A DNA stretch of 64,000 nt, from the NCBI GenBank assembly GCA_951406725.2, contig OX597831.1, positions 42,842,001-42,906,000 of the forward strand, written 5' to 3'. Position 1 is the stretch's first letter. Every line of letters starts with the position of its first letter. The position numbers and the translations under genes are program-made. Positions 49,952 through 62,749 of this stretch are shown in pieces. Below the pieces are notes generated by a model. That model saw nothing but the letters and a program-made list of their open reading frames with translations, did not search any database and was not told the DNA's origin. This DNA comes from Octopus vulgaris. Its lineage: Eukaryota.

Positions 49952-50874
49952 ATATTTTGAGACCAGTGAGATTGACATGGTTATCATTGCACCTGCCTGA
50001 ACATTTACAAGATAATGAGTGCAAGAATGGAATTCCAGAAGGACAATGTAAAGAGGAGAAAGGGCTAATGCAACAATTTGTTAAAAAAATGTAGAGAAAA
50101 GAAACAGCACGTCTGTGGATCAAAGTTTGGAGTATATTGAAGAAGATTTGGTTACTCTATCTAGCAGGCTATGTGACCTGGTAGAGGCTTCTTCACTGTA
50201 GAAGTAAAATTTTATAGGCTATTAGCCTACATTAATTGCTTTCATTGCTTGCTACATTAGAAATATGTTTTTAAGTGTAGCTGTACCAGTTAAATAATGT
50301 GACAACAGATGGCACATATGATAGCCTAATTTCCAACTGACTCATACATTTCGTGTTTTTCATTATTGCCGTGTTGATATACTAAATACCAGTCAAGTAC
50401 TAGAATTGATTTAACAAACTATTAACTCCACCAGGAGAGTGTGGTCTTGCGCCAATGTTATTAATCAATATATTACAGTTATCTATGCAATATGTTCTCT
50501 CAGCAAAACAAATTGTAATTGTTCAAATGAAAAAAAAAAACCTCTATAGTATTGCACAGGAATGCTTTTGACCATAGCTACATTTGATCAGTACACCTGG
50601 AACCAAACTACAACAATGATGTTCTGCAGTGCATCTGCTTGATGTGGGTTAAGCTATAAGAACAATTGTAATTGTATTTAGATGCACAATTGTGAATTGA
50701 AGTAGCAAGCCAGTGGTTCAAATTCCAGTAATGACACTTGTAAATATTTAACTCTCATTTGTTCAATACACCATGTTCTAAAAAGGTTTAGTGAGGGATT
50801 TCAGAGTTCACTGAGGCAAGCAGCAGGAGCAGTAAAAAAATTGTACAAAAGTTTTAATGAGATCAAAATCACTA

Positions 50875-51265
50875 AGGAGTGGCTGTGTGGTAAGTAGTTT
50901 GCTTACCAAACACATAGTTCCAGGTTCATTCCCACTGTGTGGCACCTTGGGCAAGTGTCTTCTACTATAGCCTCGGGCCGACCAAAGCTATGTGAGTGGA
51001 TTTGGTAGAGGGAAACTGAAAGCCCATCGTATATATGTATATATAGATATGTGTGTGTGTATATGTTTGTGTGTCTGTGTTTGTCCCCCCAACATCTCTT
51101 GACAACTGATGGTGTGCTTACGTCCCCGTAACTTAGCGGTTCGGTAAAAGAGACCGACAGAATAAGTACTAGGCTTACAAAAAATAAGTCCCAGGGTCGA
51201 TTTGTTCAACTAAAGGTGGTGCTCCAGCAGGGCCACAGTCAAATGACTGAAACAAGTAAAAGAGT
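50875..51265 (+). mobile_element. SINE family B, full-length copy
   Basis: Near-colinear with 32573-32937. Confidence 0.9.
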
Positions 51266-51280
51266 ATTGTTAGACCCTGC

Positions 51281-51445
51281 CCACTAGCGTAGCTAATGTG
51301 TGCCACCAGGGCGGTCCTTCCGATTGCTGCCCCTGGACAACTACAAAATACACATACTGCCCACAGCAGAACCTAAAGTGGTGTCCCTTTAAAAGTGTTG
51401 CCTGGGGTGGACCGCCCTAATGCTTCCCCACTAGCTACGCTAGTG
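51281..51445. mobile_element. hAT-like MITE
   Basis: 14-bp TIRs CACTAGCGTAGCTA / TAGCTACGCTAGTG; 8-bp flanks ACCCTGCC / ATCCTGCT (6/8); internal GGGCGG repeats. Confidence 0.75.
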
Positions 51446-51857
51446 ATCCTGCTTGTTTTTGCTATGGGACTACATATATTATTTTAGTTTCAATTTACCA
51501 AATCCACTCACAAGGCTTTGGTCAACCTGAGACTATAGTAGAAGACACATGCCCAAGGTGTCATACAATTGGAATGAACCCAGAACCATGTGGTTGAAAA
51601 GCAAGTTTCTTACCACACAGACACACCGTATAAAACCAGTCTGTAATAAATTTTGATATATATACATATATACAGAAATGTAACCATATGAACAGAGACA
51701 ATAATGAATGACAACAGTGATGAGCTGAGTGAAGACAAGGGAACCTCTCTAACAGGGACAAGACAACCTCTCAAGTACAAGTGCCATAAAATGCACCCAC
51801 AATTTATTAATTTTTTTTTTTTACTTGATAGGTCTGGAGGAAGAGGTAGGTAGTGCT

Positions 51858-52086
51858 TATTTCTTTACTACCCACAAGGGGCTAAACACAGAGAGGACAA
51901 ACAAAGACAGACAAACGGATTAAGTCGATTACATCGACCCCAGTGCATAACTGGTACTTATTTAATCGACCCAGAAAGGATGAAAGGCAAAGTCAACCTC
52001 GGCGGAATTTTGAACTCAGAACGTATAGGCAGACGAAATACCGCTAAGCATTTCGCCCGGTGTGCTAACGGTTCTGCCAGCTCGCC
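51858..52086 (-). mobile_element. Young SINE family A copy
   Basis: Near-identical to the 14851 copy. Confidence 0.9.
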
Positions 52087-52479
52087 TATGGCCTAACAGA
52101 CTCTGCCTAGGCCAGAGAGTTTTATGTTAATAATGTAGTGAAGGCTCATGGCCAAGTGTTTAGGGTGTTGCACTCATGGTTACCAGATCATAGGTTCAAT
52201 TTCCAGATTAAGGCTGTGCATTGTGTCCTTGAGTAAAACACTTCACTTCACATTGCTCTCATACTATTTCAAAAACTAGGCCCAACATTTCCTCTGCTTG
52301 TGTAAAAGGCGACTAAAAGAGGTTGAGGAAAGATTTGCACTCCACCCTTGTAAAACCCTTACCAGCAATGACTACCAAAACAGACCCATAGGTTGGAAGG
52401 AGTAGGGAATCACTAACAGATGGTGGATGTACTATCAAAGTGCATTCCTCCATACTACTACTACTGCTAATGTTCCATA

Positions 52480-53010
52480 CCTGAAGGAAAGGTATGAGCA
52501 GAGAGGGGATACCAGAGGGTCACCATTCTAGGAAGAATGGACCGAGCTAGAGATCAGTTTGGGGCTTGGGACTGAATTTGGACACAAGGATGGTGAGAAG
52601 AGGAGAAACGAGCTGGATGGGAATGCTTGCGTAAAAATAACATGAGCCCTCCCCACAAATCTGAGGAGCAGAATCCATTAGCGTAGTAAAAGCAGAGCAG
52701 AGAGAGAGAGAACACACAGCAGTGGACTAGAGGCTGGAGTGTGCCTGTGAGTGACTTTAGACCAATCAAATAAGTGACTTTTCCTGGATGTGATCTAAGA
52801 TGTTTGTATGTGAAGTAGCAGCAGCAGTGCTGTTCTGGATGTGACAGCAATACTCCAGCATGGGCTTCACTTGATCTTTATAGAGTATCTGTAAGTGTTG
52901 GGGGACGAAGTATCTTTTGGCTTTGGAGAGAAGACCTAGTCATTGAGATGCAATTGTGGCTATCTTAAGGATGTGCTTTAGCCAAGAGAGGTCCACAGTA
53001 ATAGTGAGAC
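52480..53010 (-). mobile_element. CR1/Jockey-like LINE 3' remnant
   Basis: Reverse strand encodes PQHLQILYKDQVKPMLEYCCHI, a post-RT motif. Confidence 0.55.
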
Positions 53011-53284
53011 CCCACAATGAGTAAACTAGTCAAAAATAAAAAAGGGTCCAAATGTAGAAAACATGCTACAAATAGAACATAAGTGCAAGAGGTGGCCATT
53101 TAACTGTCTGATTCCAACTGTGAGCCTGTCCATTCCATGCTAGCATAAAAAAGTGGATGCACGTGGTGGTGGTGACGACAAAGACGATAATCATTAATTC
53201 ACATGACTTATGGTATATTATGTCAATATACCACTAGTTTCCAAATCTATATGCAGAAATGGTATGATTATGGAGTTTTTTCCT

Positions 53285-53648
53285 AGTTGCATATTTTGGG
53301 TTCAGTCCCACTATGCAGCACACTGGTTGGCTCCTTGTGAATGGACTTGGTAGATGGAAACTGAAAGAAGCCCACTGTATGTATATATCTGTGTGTGTAT
53401 GTATGTGCGTGTGTGTGTGTGTGTGTCTGTCTGTCTTTGTGCCTGTGTTTGTCCCTCACCACCACCTGACAATCAGTGTTGGCGTATTTATATCTCCGTA
53501 ACTTAGTGGTTTGGCAAAAACAATAAATATCAGGCTTAAAAAGAAAATAAATACTGGGGTTAATTTGTTAGGATTAAAATATTCCTCAAGGCAGTGCCCC
53601 AGCATGGCCACAGATTAATGACCGAAACAAGTAAAAAATAAAAGATAA
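53285..53648 (+). mobile_element. SINE family B copy
   Basis: GGGTTCAGTCCCACT..GGAAACTGAAAGAAGCCC..CCAGCATGGCCACAG..GAAACAAGTAAAA. Confidence 0.8.
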
Positions 53649-53691
53649 ATATTAATTGCAACAGACTAGCAGCCTACTAGAAATAATAACT

Positions 53692-53910
53692 TAAGGCGGC
53701 GAGCTGGCAGAAATGTCAGCACACCGGGCGAAATGCTTAGCGATATTTCGTCTGCCGTTACGTTCTGAGTTCAAATTCTGCCAAGGTCGACTTTGCCTTT
53801 CATCCTTTCGGGGTAGATAAATTAAGTACCAGTTATGCACTGGGGTCGATGTAATCGACTTAATCCCTTTGTCTGTCCTTGTTTGTCCCCTTGTGAGCAA
53901 TAAAGAAATA
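53692..53910 (+). mobile_element. Young SINE family A copy
   Basis: Full head, core and tail; flanked by AGAAATAATAACT direct repeats (probable TSD). Confidence 0.9.
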
Positions 53911-54569
53911 AGAAATAATAACTCAAATCACACCACACCATTTCAGGAAAAGAAACCCCAAATGTGACTCCAAGTTCCCTTCATATCGAAAAAAAGATGG
54001 GATGGCCATGGATGGAATGCCTTTGATTATGTCTGTTCAATTAAGCCTGACCTGGGCCCAAACAACATTCGTGACAACCACCACAAAACTATGAACCAAT
54101 GAGAGAAATAGCAGTTAAATCTCTCTCTCAAATCACACCCTTTCATTTATGAATGAAGGGACACATTGAAAATACATAACAGGATAGTCATGCTTGGCAC
54201 ACTTTTGACTATAGATTTAATATGGCTAACCTGGGGCTAAAACTCAACAACCATGCATCCGGATCTAAGCACCCAACAGGAGTCTTAACAAAAGCAATAT
54301 CTACTAATCAATAAACTATTTTTAAACCCCTGCCATGATTTTCCTGCACAAACTTGTATACTGTGTCAGTGCTACTGGAGAAACATTGAACATCTCATTA
54401 AAAATGTAGACAAGGCATTTATTTGTTGCAGTAAAAACATAAAAACTGAAAATAGAACTGAACCAAATGATAGAGAATTATATATATAATTTGAGAGAAT
54501 GAGATGAAAAAAAAATCCAAGGCTATAAATAGTTATCAGAACATTTATAAAGAAAAGATCTTACAGCTG

Positions 54570-54923
54570 TTAAGTTATTCCCCAACCACCTGGTTCTAAG
54601 TTCAGTCCCACTTTTATGCATCTTGTGTAAGTGCTTTTAGCTCCAGGCCAACCAAAAGCTTTTGAGTGGATTTGGAAGATTGGGAACTGAAAGAAGTCTG
54701 TTGTGCGTGTGTGTGTATTTCTTTTACTCTTTTTACATGTTTCAGTCATTTGACTGTGGCCATGCTGGAGCACTGGCTTCAGTTGAGCAAATCGACCCCA
54801 GGACTTATTCTTTGTAAGCCTAATACTTATTCTATTGGTCTCTTTTGCCGAACTGCTAAGTTACGGGGATGTGAACACACCAGCATCGGTTATCAAACGA
54901 TGTTGGAGGGAACAAACACAGAC

Positions 54924-54967
<44 letters not shown>

Positions 54968-55125
54968 TTATATGACGGGCTTCTTTCAGTTTCCGTCTAC
55001 CAAATCCACTCACAAGGCTTTGGTCGGCCCAAAGCTATAGTAGAAGACACTTGTCCAAGGTGCCATGCAGTGGGACTGAACCCAGAACCATGTTGTTGGT
55101 AAGCAAGCTACTTACCACACAGCCA
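54570..55125. mobile_element. Tail-to-tail SINE family B copies (+ fragment 54570-54715; - full length 54721-55125)
   Basis: Family B motifs on both strands. Confidence 0.8.
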
Positions 55126-55529
55126 TATATGTATGCATGTGAGTGAGTTTAGGTCTCCTTGTCTTGACATCATATGATTGTTGTAAACGAGTGTCACAAT
55201 CATAGAGGTCATGTTCTTTGTTTCCAACCTTCCATGGGCACATGTCCCTCCATGTGGAAATATTACTTTACTTGGAAATAAGTGAGAGTTGGTGACAAGA
55301 AGAACACCTGACTGTAGAAAACTTGCTTCAACAAATTCTCTTCGCCAAGCTTGCATGACAAAGTCAACACTAAAATGATGATGATGATACACACGTACAC
55401 ACACCCATTGTATATTCTTCTTCTCGGTTTAGTTACAACTTTGTGGCCATGCTGGATCACTGCCTTCATAGGGTTTTAGTGAATCCTATCAACCTCAGTA
55501 TCTATTTTATTAATCTCTATTTAACTCAT

Positions 55530-55940
55530 TAATTTGAAATTTAGGCACAAAGTCAGCAATTTTGAGAAGAAGGGATCAAGTTTATTACATCGTCCTGTAT
55601 TCAATTGGTATTTATTTTATTGACCCCCAAAAGGATGAAATGCGAAGCTGACCATGGCAGAATTTGAACTCAGGTCTTGAAGACATTGAATTTGAACTCA
55701 GGACATTAGAGTGCTAATGATTCTTATTTCTTTATTGCCCACAAGGGGCTAAACACAGAGGGGACAAACAAGGACAGACAAAGGGACTAAGTCGATTACA
55801 TCGACCCCAGTGCGTAACTGGTACTTAATTTATCGACCCCGAAAGGATGAAAGGCAAAGTCGACCTCGGCGGAATTTGAACACAGGACTTGAAGACATTG
55901 AATTTGACATTGGAGTGCTAATGATTCTGCCAGTTCGCTA
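55530..55940 (-). mobile_element. Young SINE A nested in an old SINE A
   Basis: Young copy 55724-55880 lies within an older copy, with a duplicated ~55-65-bp host segment. Confidence 0.8.
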
Positions 55941-56416
55941 CCTCCACCATAGTGCTATGATAAATGGCTTTGGACTAAGAGGGCAGATCAGTAATTTACT
56001 GGGAAGCAAGCCAGGACTTCAACTCCAGCTTGGTTAACTAAACAAGAGGATCTGATGTTGAAAGCCATGAAATCCTCTGAGACTCCAGGAACATCAGTGA
56101 TGATGCATCTTGGAATTAAGTTAGGTATTTTACTTAAAAGGGAAGTAACAAAATGACATAATCCTCCCTCCACAGCACATGTTCCAAACAGACGAAGTAC
56201 AAAAAATAGCAACGTAGCCAACAGAACAAATACAAGCAACAAAGCTAAATAAATGTAGCATAGAAAAAAGTAATTCAAAAGAAATGCATTTGCATATTAT
56301 ATCTAATCTGTTCCACTTTGTTGTCACAATAACAATGCCTCAGGAACACAAATATGCACCTGTCAATGCAGGAGAGACTGGCGGGAAACTTTTGAATATG
56401 TGTTAATGATAATAAT

Positions 56417-56770
56417 AACAAGAGCACTCAGAGAGCACAAACCTCCGCCAAGGCAACACCAACGTCCTCTCAATGGTTAGCTGGAGATGATTTTTAAAAT
56501 GAGAATATCTGAAATATACTTGACTGCTCTCACAAACAAGAATACTAAAAACCGACCCCTTTCATAAGTTAAGTAAAAAAACAAGGAAAATAATCCGGAA
56601 TCCTTGTCCAGTACTGGATCAATCCCAAAATCTAATCAACTCGTGCCAGTCCTGAGGCCAAACATCTCTGAAAATTTCATCCAAATCCATCCAGCAGTTC
56701 TTGAGATATATTGTCCACAGACAAACATGACTGAAAACAATACCTCCACCTTCGCTAAGGCAAAGGTAAT
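56417..56770 (+). mobile_element. HINE/DINE-1-like (Helentron-associated) non-autonomous element, apparently complete
   Basis: Starts AACAAGAGCACTCAGAG..CCTCCGCCAAGGC; ends ACAGACAAACA..AATACCTCCACCTTCGCTAAGGCAAAGGTAATAA (terminal hairpin plus repeated subterminal motif). No TSD; inserted in an A-rich run. Confidence 0.65.
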
Positions 56771-56799
56771 AATCTTTAGAAGAACTTTGTGGGAGGTTG

Positions 56800-57735
56800 T
56801 AAGAGTTAGTCAATTAAATTGAACTCAAGTATTTAACTGGCACAATATTTATTGAACCCAGAAAGACAGAAATTTGGCAGAAAGGGATCAGTCAAAAATG
56901 AAACAATTAGTTATATAACTCCAATACTTCACTGTAAAATACTTTATCGTATCAACTACAGAAGGCTGAGAAGCTAAGTTGACTTTAACAGAATTTGAAC
57001 TCAGAATGTAAAGGGCTGTAACTAAATACTATAAAGCATTTTCTCCGATGCTCTAATAAATCTTGCAATCTACCCTCAATAATAATTCTTTCTAATTTTT
57101 GGCACAGGGCCAACAATTTTGAGAGGGAGGAGTTGATAATATCAAACCCAGTGCTTAACTGGTACTTGTTTTATCAAGTAAAAAGCAAAGTTGACAATGC
57201 TGCTAAACACTTTGTTCAGTGCAGTAATGATCCTGCTTTTGTTTCCAGTCTTCCTGGCTTTGGGTAAAAGAAAATACAGGAGGATCAGTTAATTATGATT
57301 TTATTTAACATTTTCTCTTCTCAGATTCACACACTTATTGCAGTGGTCCTTCAGTTTTTCTAAGCCCTGTGAAAGAATTTGAAAGGTTGGGCCTACAATC
57401 AGGCCTTTCATGATACTCTTAAAGCCAGGAACTTTTCAGCATTCTCTCATATTAACAGTTTCTAAGAAATTTGGCAAGAGGATAAATAGATTATAGTGGA
57501 CCCCTAAATGTGGGACATAAACTATTATGCTGGTAGAATTGTGAGTAGGAAGAAATGCTTTGTGATATTTCTTCCAACTCTTTAGGTTTAGAGTTCAAAT
57601 CCTGCCAAGGTCAATTTTACCTCTCATCCTTCCAGGAATGATAAAAAAGTACCAGTCAAGTGCTGGAGTTGATGGTACAGAGTAAAACTCTCCCTTCAAA
57701 AGTGCTGCATTTGTGCCTAAATAAGACATCAATAT
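56800..57735. mobile_element. Several old SINE family A fragments
   Basis: GAATTTGAACTCAGAATG, AACTGGTACTTG and GAGTTCAAATCCTGCCAAGGTC motifs. Confidence 0.6.
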
Positions 57736-58206
57736 TTAGGAAGCGAAGAGTTATATGAAGAAAATTGGGTTGTCATTTCTAGCATTGCAAAAATTATCTA
57801 ATATATACTTTCCTTATTTAAAAGTGTAGATGTATTTTGAGGGAGAATTGGCTACTGTTTCTTGAAGGTTGGACAAGCAAATAGCAAGGCAAATATCAGT
57901 AAAGGAAGAATATTTAATGATTAAACGAAATTTTATCGATCCCTCACGCAGTTTAACACTATTTTTTTTAATATGGGCACACTATACATACTTTAGACAG
58001 GAAACAAAACTGCTCCCTTTTCAAACGTTATTTGAAACGAAAACAGGCCTGCCCATAATGTAAACAGGGGTCTTGGGCAGTCGAGATTATTTATCCCTCG
58101 GCAATAATGAAAGTGAAACAGGGAAAAACTAAAAGCAGAAAGCTGTGTTATTTAAGGCCGTGAGAAATATTTAACAATTTCGACATGTGAATATCCTAAA
58201 AATATC

Positions 58207-58291
58207 GGCGGACGTAAAGAATACGCAAACCACCCGTTTTCAGCGTAACCCTAACCCTAACCGCCGGGTGTGCGTATTCTTTACCTTCGCC
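58207..58291. mobile_element. 85-bp MITE with 8-bp TSD and internal (TAACCC)n
   Basis: TIRs GGCGGACGTAAAGAATACGCA / TGCGTATTCTTTACCTTCGCC; perfect TSD AAAATATC (58199-58206 / 58292-58299). Confidence 0.85.
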
Positions 58292-59066
58292 AAAATATCA
58301 GGTCTTGTCGCAAAGATCTTCATCGGAAAAGGAAAACAACACAGAACAAATAAGGTGCATGAAATAGAAAAAGTGTTTCGTGAAAGAAGAGCATTGGATG
58401 GAATAAGCCACAAAGTTAAACATAAAAGAGTGAAAGCAGGAAATAAAATGCAAGTTACTATAAGCTGTTCGATTTTACCGTCTTCTGACCTACTCAGGCT
58501 AACATTAGAGTTTCTTTAAATATCGGGAGATCGTTGGAAAACAACAAACAATTTCACAGCAAATATAAATTAGTGTTCTTTCGCTTATATCAGCAAATCG
58601 TATTATGATATTTTCCTTTTAAATATTCGCGCGCATTAGTGTGTGTGTGTTTATGGGGTGGTGTTGGTGGTAGAAAAAGAGTAATCTAAAGTTGTGGTTA
58701 GTTAGGAAGATTCGATTACATTGCCAGGGTCATTTCGAAATCATAGTCATTGTATTTCTGTCTAATAAAATATTAAAGTTACATTTATTTACTGTTGCTT
58801 CACTACCACATAAATGAAGGTAGAAACTGTTACAGGATTTTTTTTTTTAATTTGAGTAGTGGTGCCGGAAGAGAATAGTCGGAACGGATTAATAGATGAC
58901 CGGGGTAATTTGGGACTGCCGGCGTGAGACACATTGCCATTGCATGTAATACACACTCAGAGATTTTAAAGTGAAAATCAAAAAAAATATCAACATAAAA
59001 AAAGGATCGTATATATATATATATTTATATATATATATGCGATCTTTTTATGTTCTCCAAACGTAC

Positions 59067-59564
59067 CCAAGAAGCTGCAGTAATGTGAACATCGTCCATA
59101 AATTCGGGGTAGATTGTTTCATCTGATGCGGTGTCAGCAGCTGCTGCGGTTACAGATGCTGGTGTTTGGTTGTCCGTGGTTGCGGCATTCGGTGTGGCAT
59201 TGGCACTGGTGCTGCCGTTGTCGTTGGCATTGGTGTTGCTGCTGGTGTCGTTGGTAGTGGTAGTGGTGGTGGCGGCGGCGGTGGTGGAGGTAGTGCTGCT
59301 CCTGCTGCAACTGGTGCTGGCACCACTGCTGGTACTGGCGCTGTAGCTACTGCCACCTCCAAGCAGGGCACGAGCTTTCTCCAACGGGTTCATTTTACTA
59401 AATGACTCACCCGACTGTCTTGTTTGCCTCGTCTGTCTCGTCTGCCGTGCCTCCTTCTCTCGGTCTCTTTCTCTCAACCTGCCGCTCTCATTGTCGTCAT
59501 CGTCTTTATCATTATCGCTCTTCTTCGCCTCGTTCTTAGACTGCATTTTCAAAGTCCGTTTCAT
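59067..59564 (-). CDS. Probable first coding exon of the BTB-BACK gene (Ser/Thr/Ala-rich low-complexity N-terminus)
   Basis: GC/CpG-rich open frame. Donor TGG|GTACGT at 59066 is phase 0 and joins in frame to the 46814 acceptor (...HITAASW|MMEGP...). Start uncertain: ATG 59564 (ACCATG), 59546 or 59393 (AAAATG, MNPLEKARALL). Confidence 0.7.
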
Positions 59565-59599
59565 GGTCGCAGCGAATTTCTGTCTCTTCCGCTCGCCGC

Positions 59600-59960
59600 C
59601 TTCTGTTCGTTTCGTATTGCTTCGTTTCGGAATGTTTAGCTTTTGTACCAACTTCTCTGTAATTCTTCTGCTCCTTTCTCTCTCTTCCCCAGAACGTATA
59701 ACGTTTTAGTTTTTCAAAGTATTGTGTATATAGATATATTGATTAAATCACTTTATGAAACTGCGATTATTCTTCACCAGATCTATTAAAACAATTTCAA
59801 TAATCTTTTTTCTTTCTTCAGTTTATATCATATATCGTAAACTCTTCGAGAACTGCTCTGCCCCGCTCTTTTGCTATTTTTTGCGCGGAAAATTTTCTCC
59901 GAAAATGCTAAATTGACCAAGGGCTTTACTTCGAGAGTAAAATATTATTTAATAGACAAA
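59600..59960 (-). promoter_or_regulatory. Probable 5'UTR/promoter region of the BTB-BACK gene
   Basis: Repeat-free, locally CpG-retaining stretch directly upstream of the first exon, with an E2F-like TTTGCGCGGAAA at ~59880. Inferred from position only. Confidence 0.35.
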
Positions 59961-61279
59961 AACGTATGTCATTTGATAGATTACTATCAGGATAGAGAGA
60001 GTCAATAAGCACCGTGAAGACGCACCTAAAATTATTTAGTATAGTTTACAAAAGACTGGGTGTTGTCCGATTAATGTTGTTGCTGATGATTGTACTTCTG
60101 TTGATTTTTCTCTCTTTTGTTGTCTATAGCTGAATGTTATTAATATATGTGGTTGATAATGATACGAACTAACTTTTACCAAAGGTAGAGTTATCTCCAG
60201 CCTCAAAAAAAGGTAGCACTGTTGGTCGTAGTAATGGATATAGGTGGTGGCGAAGATTACTTCTAGAAATGCTACGAAAAAAAATAACTTACACGCACAT
60301 CTGTGAACACCCACGCGTAAAAATTAACTGATTTACATACGCGAATGTGTGTGAGGAAGAGAGAGACAGAAAGAGAATGTTTGGGCGTATACTCGTCTGG
60401 GTAGTGTATCAGTCAGCTTGCAGTTTGTATAACATCAATAGAAAATACTGGTTTAGGTGATATATAGAGAGAAAAAGAGGAACGGAAGACAGAGAGAGAG
60501 AGAAGCACTGAGTAAGAGTTATAGTTGAACAAAGAAAGAGAAGTAACCAATAAAATAAAAATAACGACAATCGAACTCTTTTCCGCCTTATATAAAGTAT
60601 TCTTTAACACCAGGTCAACTCCGCTAGAGCAGGCCGATAATTAAAAACGTTCCAGTCATGACCACCACGTTTTGTATGTTATTGACTAATTTATCTAACG
60701 GAATTATTTAAGATAGAGGAGGAAGATTTGACTGCTATTTCTAACCGTTCAAGCAATCACGTAGAGACTAAATTACTAATCAAAATAGTAATTATTTCTA
60801 AGCTAACAACTTTGCTTTATACATATAAAATTCTAGCCTTTGGCATTGGCCTTTATAAGACAATTTGTTTCGAACTAGAATGAAGGCAGGGCCGATCTAA
60901 TATTTCTTTCATTGATTATAAGGAAGTTAATTCAGCTATCTTTATTCTTGCACAAACCTAGTCATTTTATAAAGGTTTATGGTAATGTGTGTGTGTAATA
61001 TAATATTTTGTGAACAATAGCGTCGTTGGTTACCGATTTTCAACAAAGCTAACCATTAACTTCGTAATTGGGAAAGTAATAAGGGTTTGAGTAAATCTGG
61101 AGGAGGTAATATTACAAGGAATTTTTGTTCAAAATCACCGGTGAATTGGATTTTCACTTATGTTTACATTTGTTACTATAATGGTCACCAAAAGCTGTAT
61201 GCGCATACTAGGACATATATGTAATGCGTAATTACATTTCCTTAAAATTTATTTTCTGCCTACCACGTTTAATATTACC

Positions 61280-61975
61280 ACACTGGGGCACTGCCTTGAA
61301 TTTTAGTCGAACGAATCAACTCCAGTACTAATTTTTAAAAAAAATCTGGTACTTATTTTATCAGTCTTTTTTTTTACCGAACCACTAAGTTAACATACAT
61401 CACCTGCCATCATATATGTGTGTGTGTGTGTGAGTGTGTATAATGGGCTTCCTTCAGTTTCCGTCTCCTAGATCCACTCACAAGGCTTTAATCAACCCGA
61501 GGCTATAGCAGAAAAGAATTGCTCAGAATGCAACGCAGTGGGACTGAACCCGAAACCATGTGATTAGCAAACTTCTTACCACACAGCCATGCCTACACAT
61601 GTATAAAATTTTATTTCTTGTTTCAGTCGTTGGACCGTAACCATACTGGGGCATCACTTTAAAAGGTTTAGTCGAACAGTCCAACCCGATTTTTACTTTT
61701 TGAAGCCTAGTATCTATTCTAAAGGGCTCTTTTTGCCGAACCGTTAAGTTACGTGGGCGTAAACAAACCAACACCGGTTGTCAAGCGCTGGTGGGAGCAC
61801 ATCCGCAAATACGCATACACGTAGATTTTATACAGATACGACAAGCTTCTTTCAGTTTCTGTTTACCAAGTCCACTTAAAAGGCTTTGGGTCAGCTTGTG
61901 GTTATAGCAGAAGCCACTTCCTGAAGGTGCCACATATTGGGACTGAATTTGGAACCATGTAGTTGAAAAAATAAT
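61280..61975 (-). mobile_element. Two SINE family B copies
   Basis: TTTGCCGAACCGTTAAGTTACG, TTCAGTTTCCGTC, TGGGACTGAACCC, ACCACACAGCCATGCCT. Confidence 0.8.
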
Positions 61976-61994
61976 TTACATGTATGTATGTATG

Positions 61995-62410
61995 TATTCA
62001 AAATCGTTTCATGGTGTACAGTGTCAAATGCTTTTCCTAGATACACGAACTCTTGGTAAGGGTTATGTTGTTCAACACACTTTTCTTGAATTTGTCTAGT
62101 GAATATCATATCTATTGGACTTTCGTTTAGTCTGAAGCTACACTGAGATTCTGGTAAGGTCCTATGTGATGTGGGCATTTAGCCTTGTTGCTGCTGCCAA
62201 TAGATCAATGTCACACTATTTTGACAGTTCTTATGCGATCCTTTACCTTTGTACAAAGGAATGATGATAATATCTTGCCAGTCTTTAGTGAGTATTGAGG
62301 CCCACACCCAACTTCACTGTATACACTGGGTTGATCATTTGCGCACCTCGACAGAGGATTTCCAGGCAAATGTATGGCAAACTGTCACAAAGCACTCAAC
62401 TCAGAAAGTT
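61995..62410 (-). mobile_element. RTE (BovB-like) LINE RT remnant
   Basis: LPESQCSFR..IDMIFTRQIQEKCVEQH..FVYLGKAFDTV. Confidence 0.8.
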
Positions 62411-62749
62411 ATGAGGAAACAAAGATGAAGATAGGGGAATGCATACAATTTGTAGTTATGTTTTTTAAATAGAAAATCCATCAAACAATTTTTCCCAGTT
62501 AAAAGCAAAAAATTTGGGGTGGATCAAAGCTAAATTTTTGAGAAAACGAAATTGTCTAGCAACTTGAATTTCATGCACCTGCAATTTTTATGTGACAGAT
62601 TGCCTGCAGGTTGCAATGATGTGAAACTCAAGTCAGGAGACAATTCTTAGGTACAGTTTTAATTAACATGCACACACACACACACACACATGTATCGATG
62701 CATGTAGATGTATGTGCGTTTGGATGTATACATATGTATAGTTGCATAT

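Noticed and set aside
59131-59709. Plus-strand Gly/Val/Ala-rich ORFs
   Set aside because: They are antisense shadows of the low-complexity BTB exon 1.
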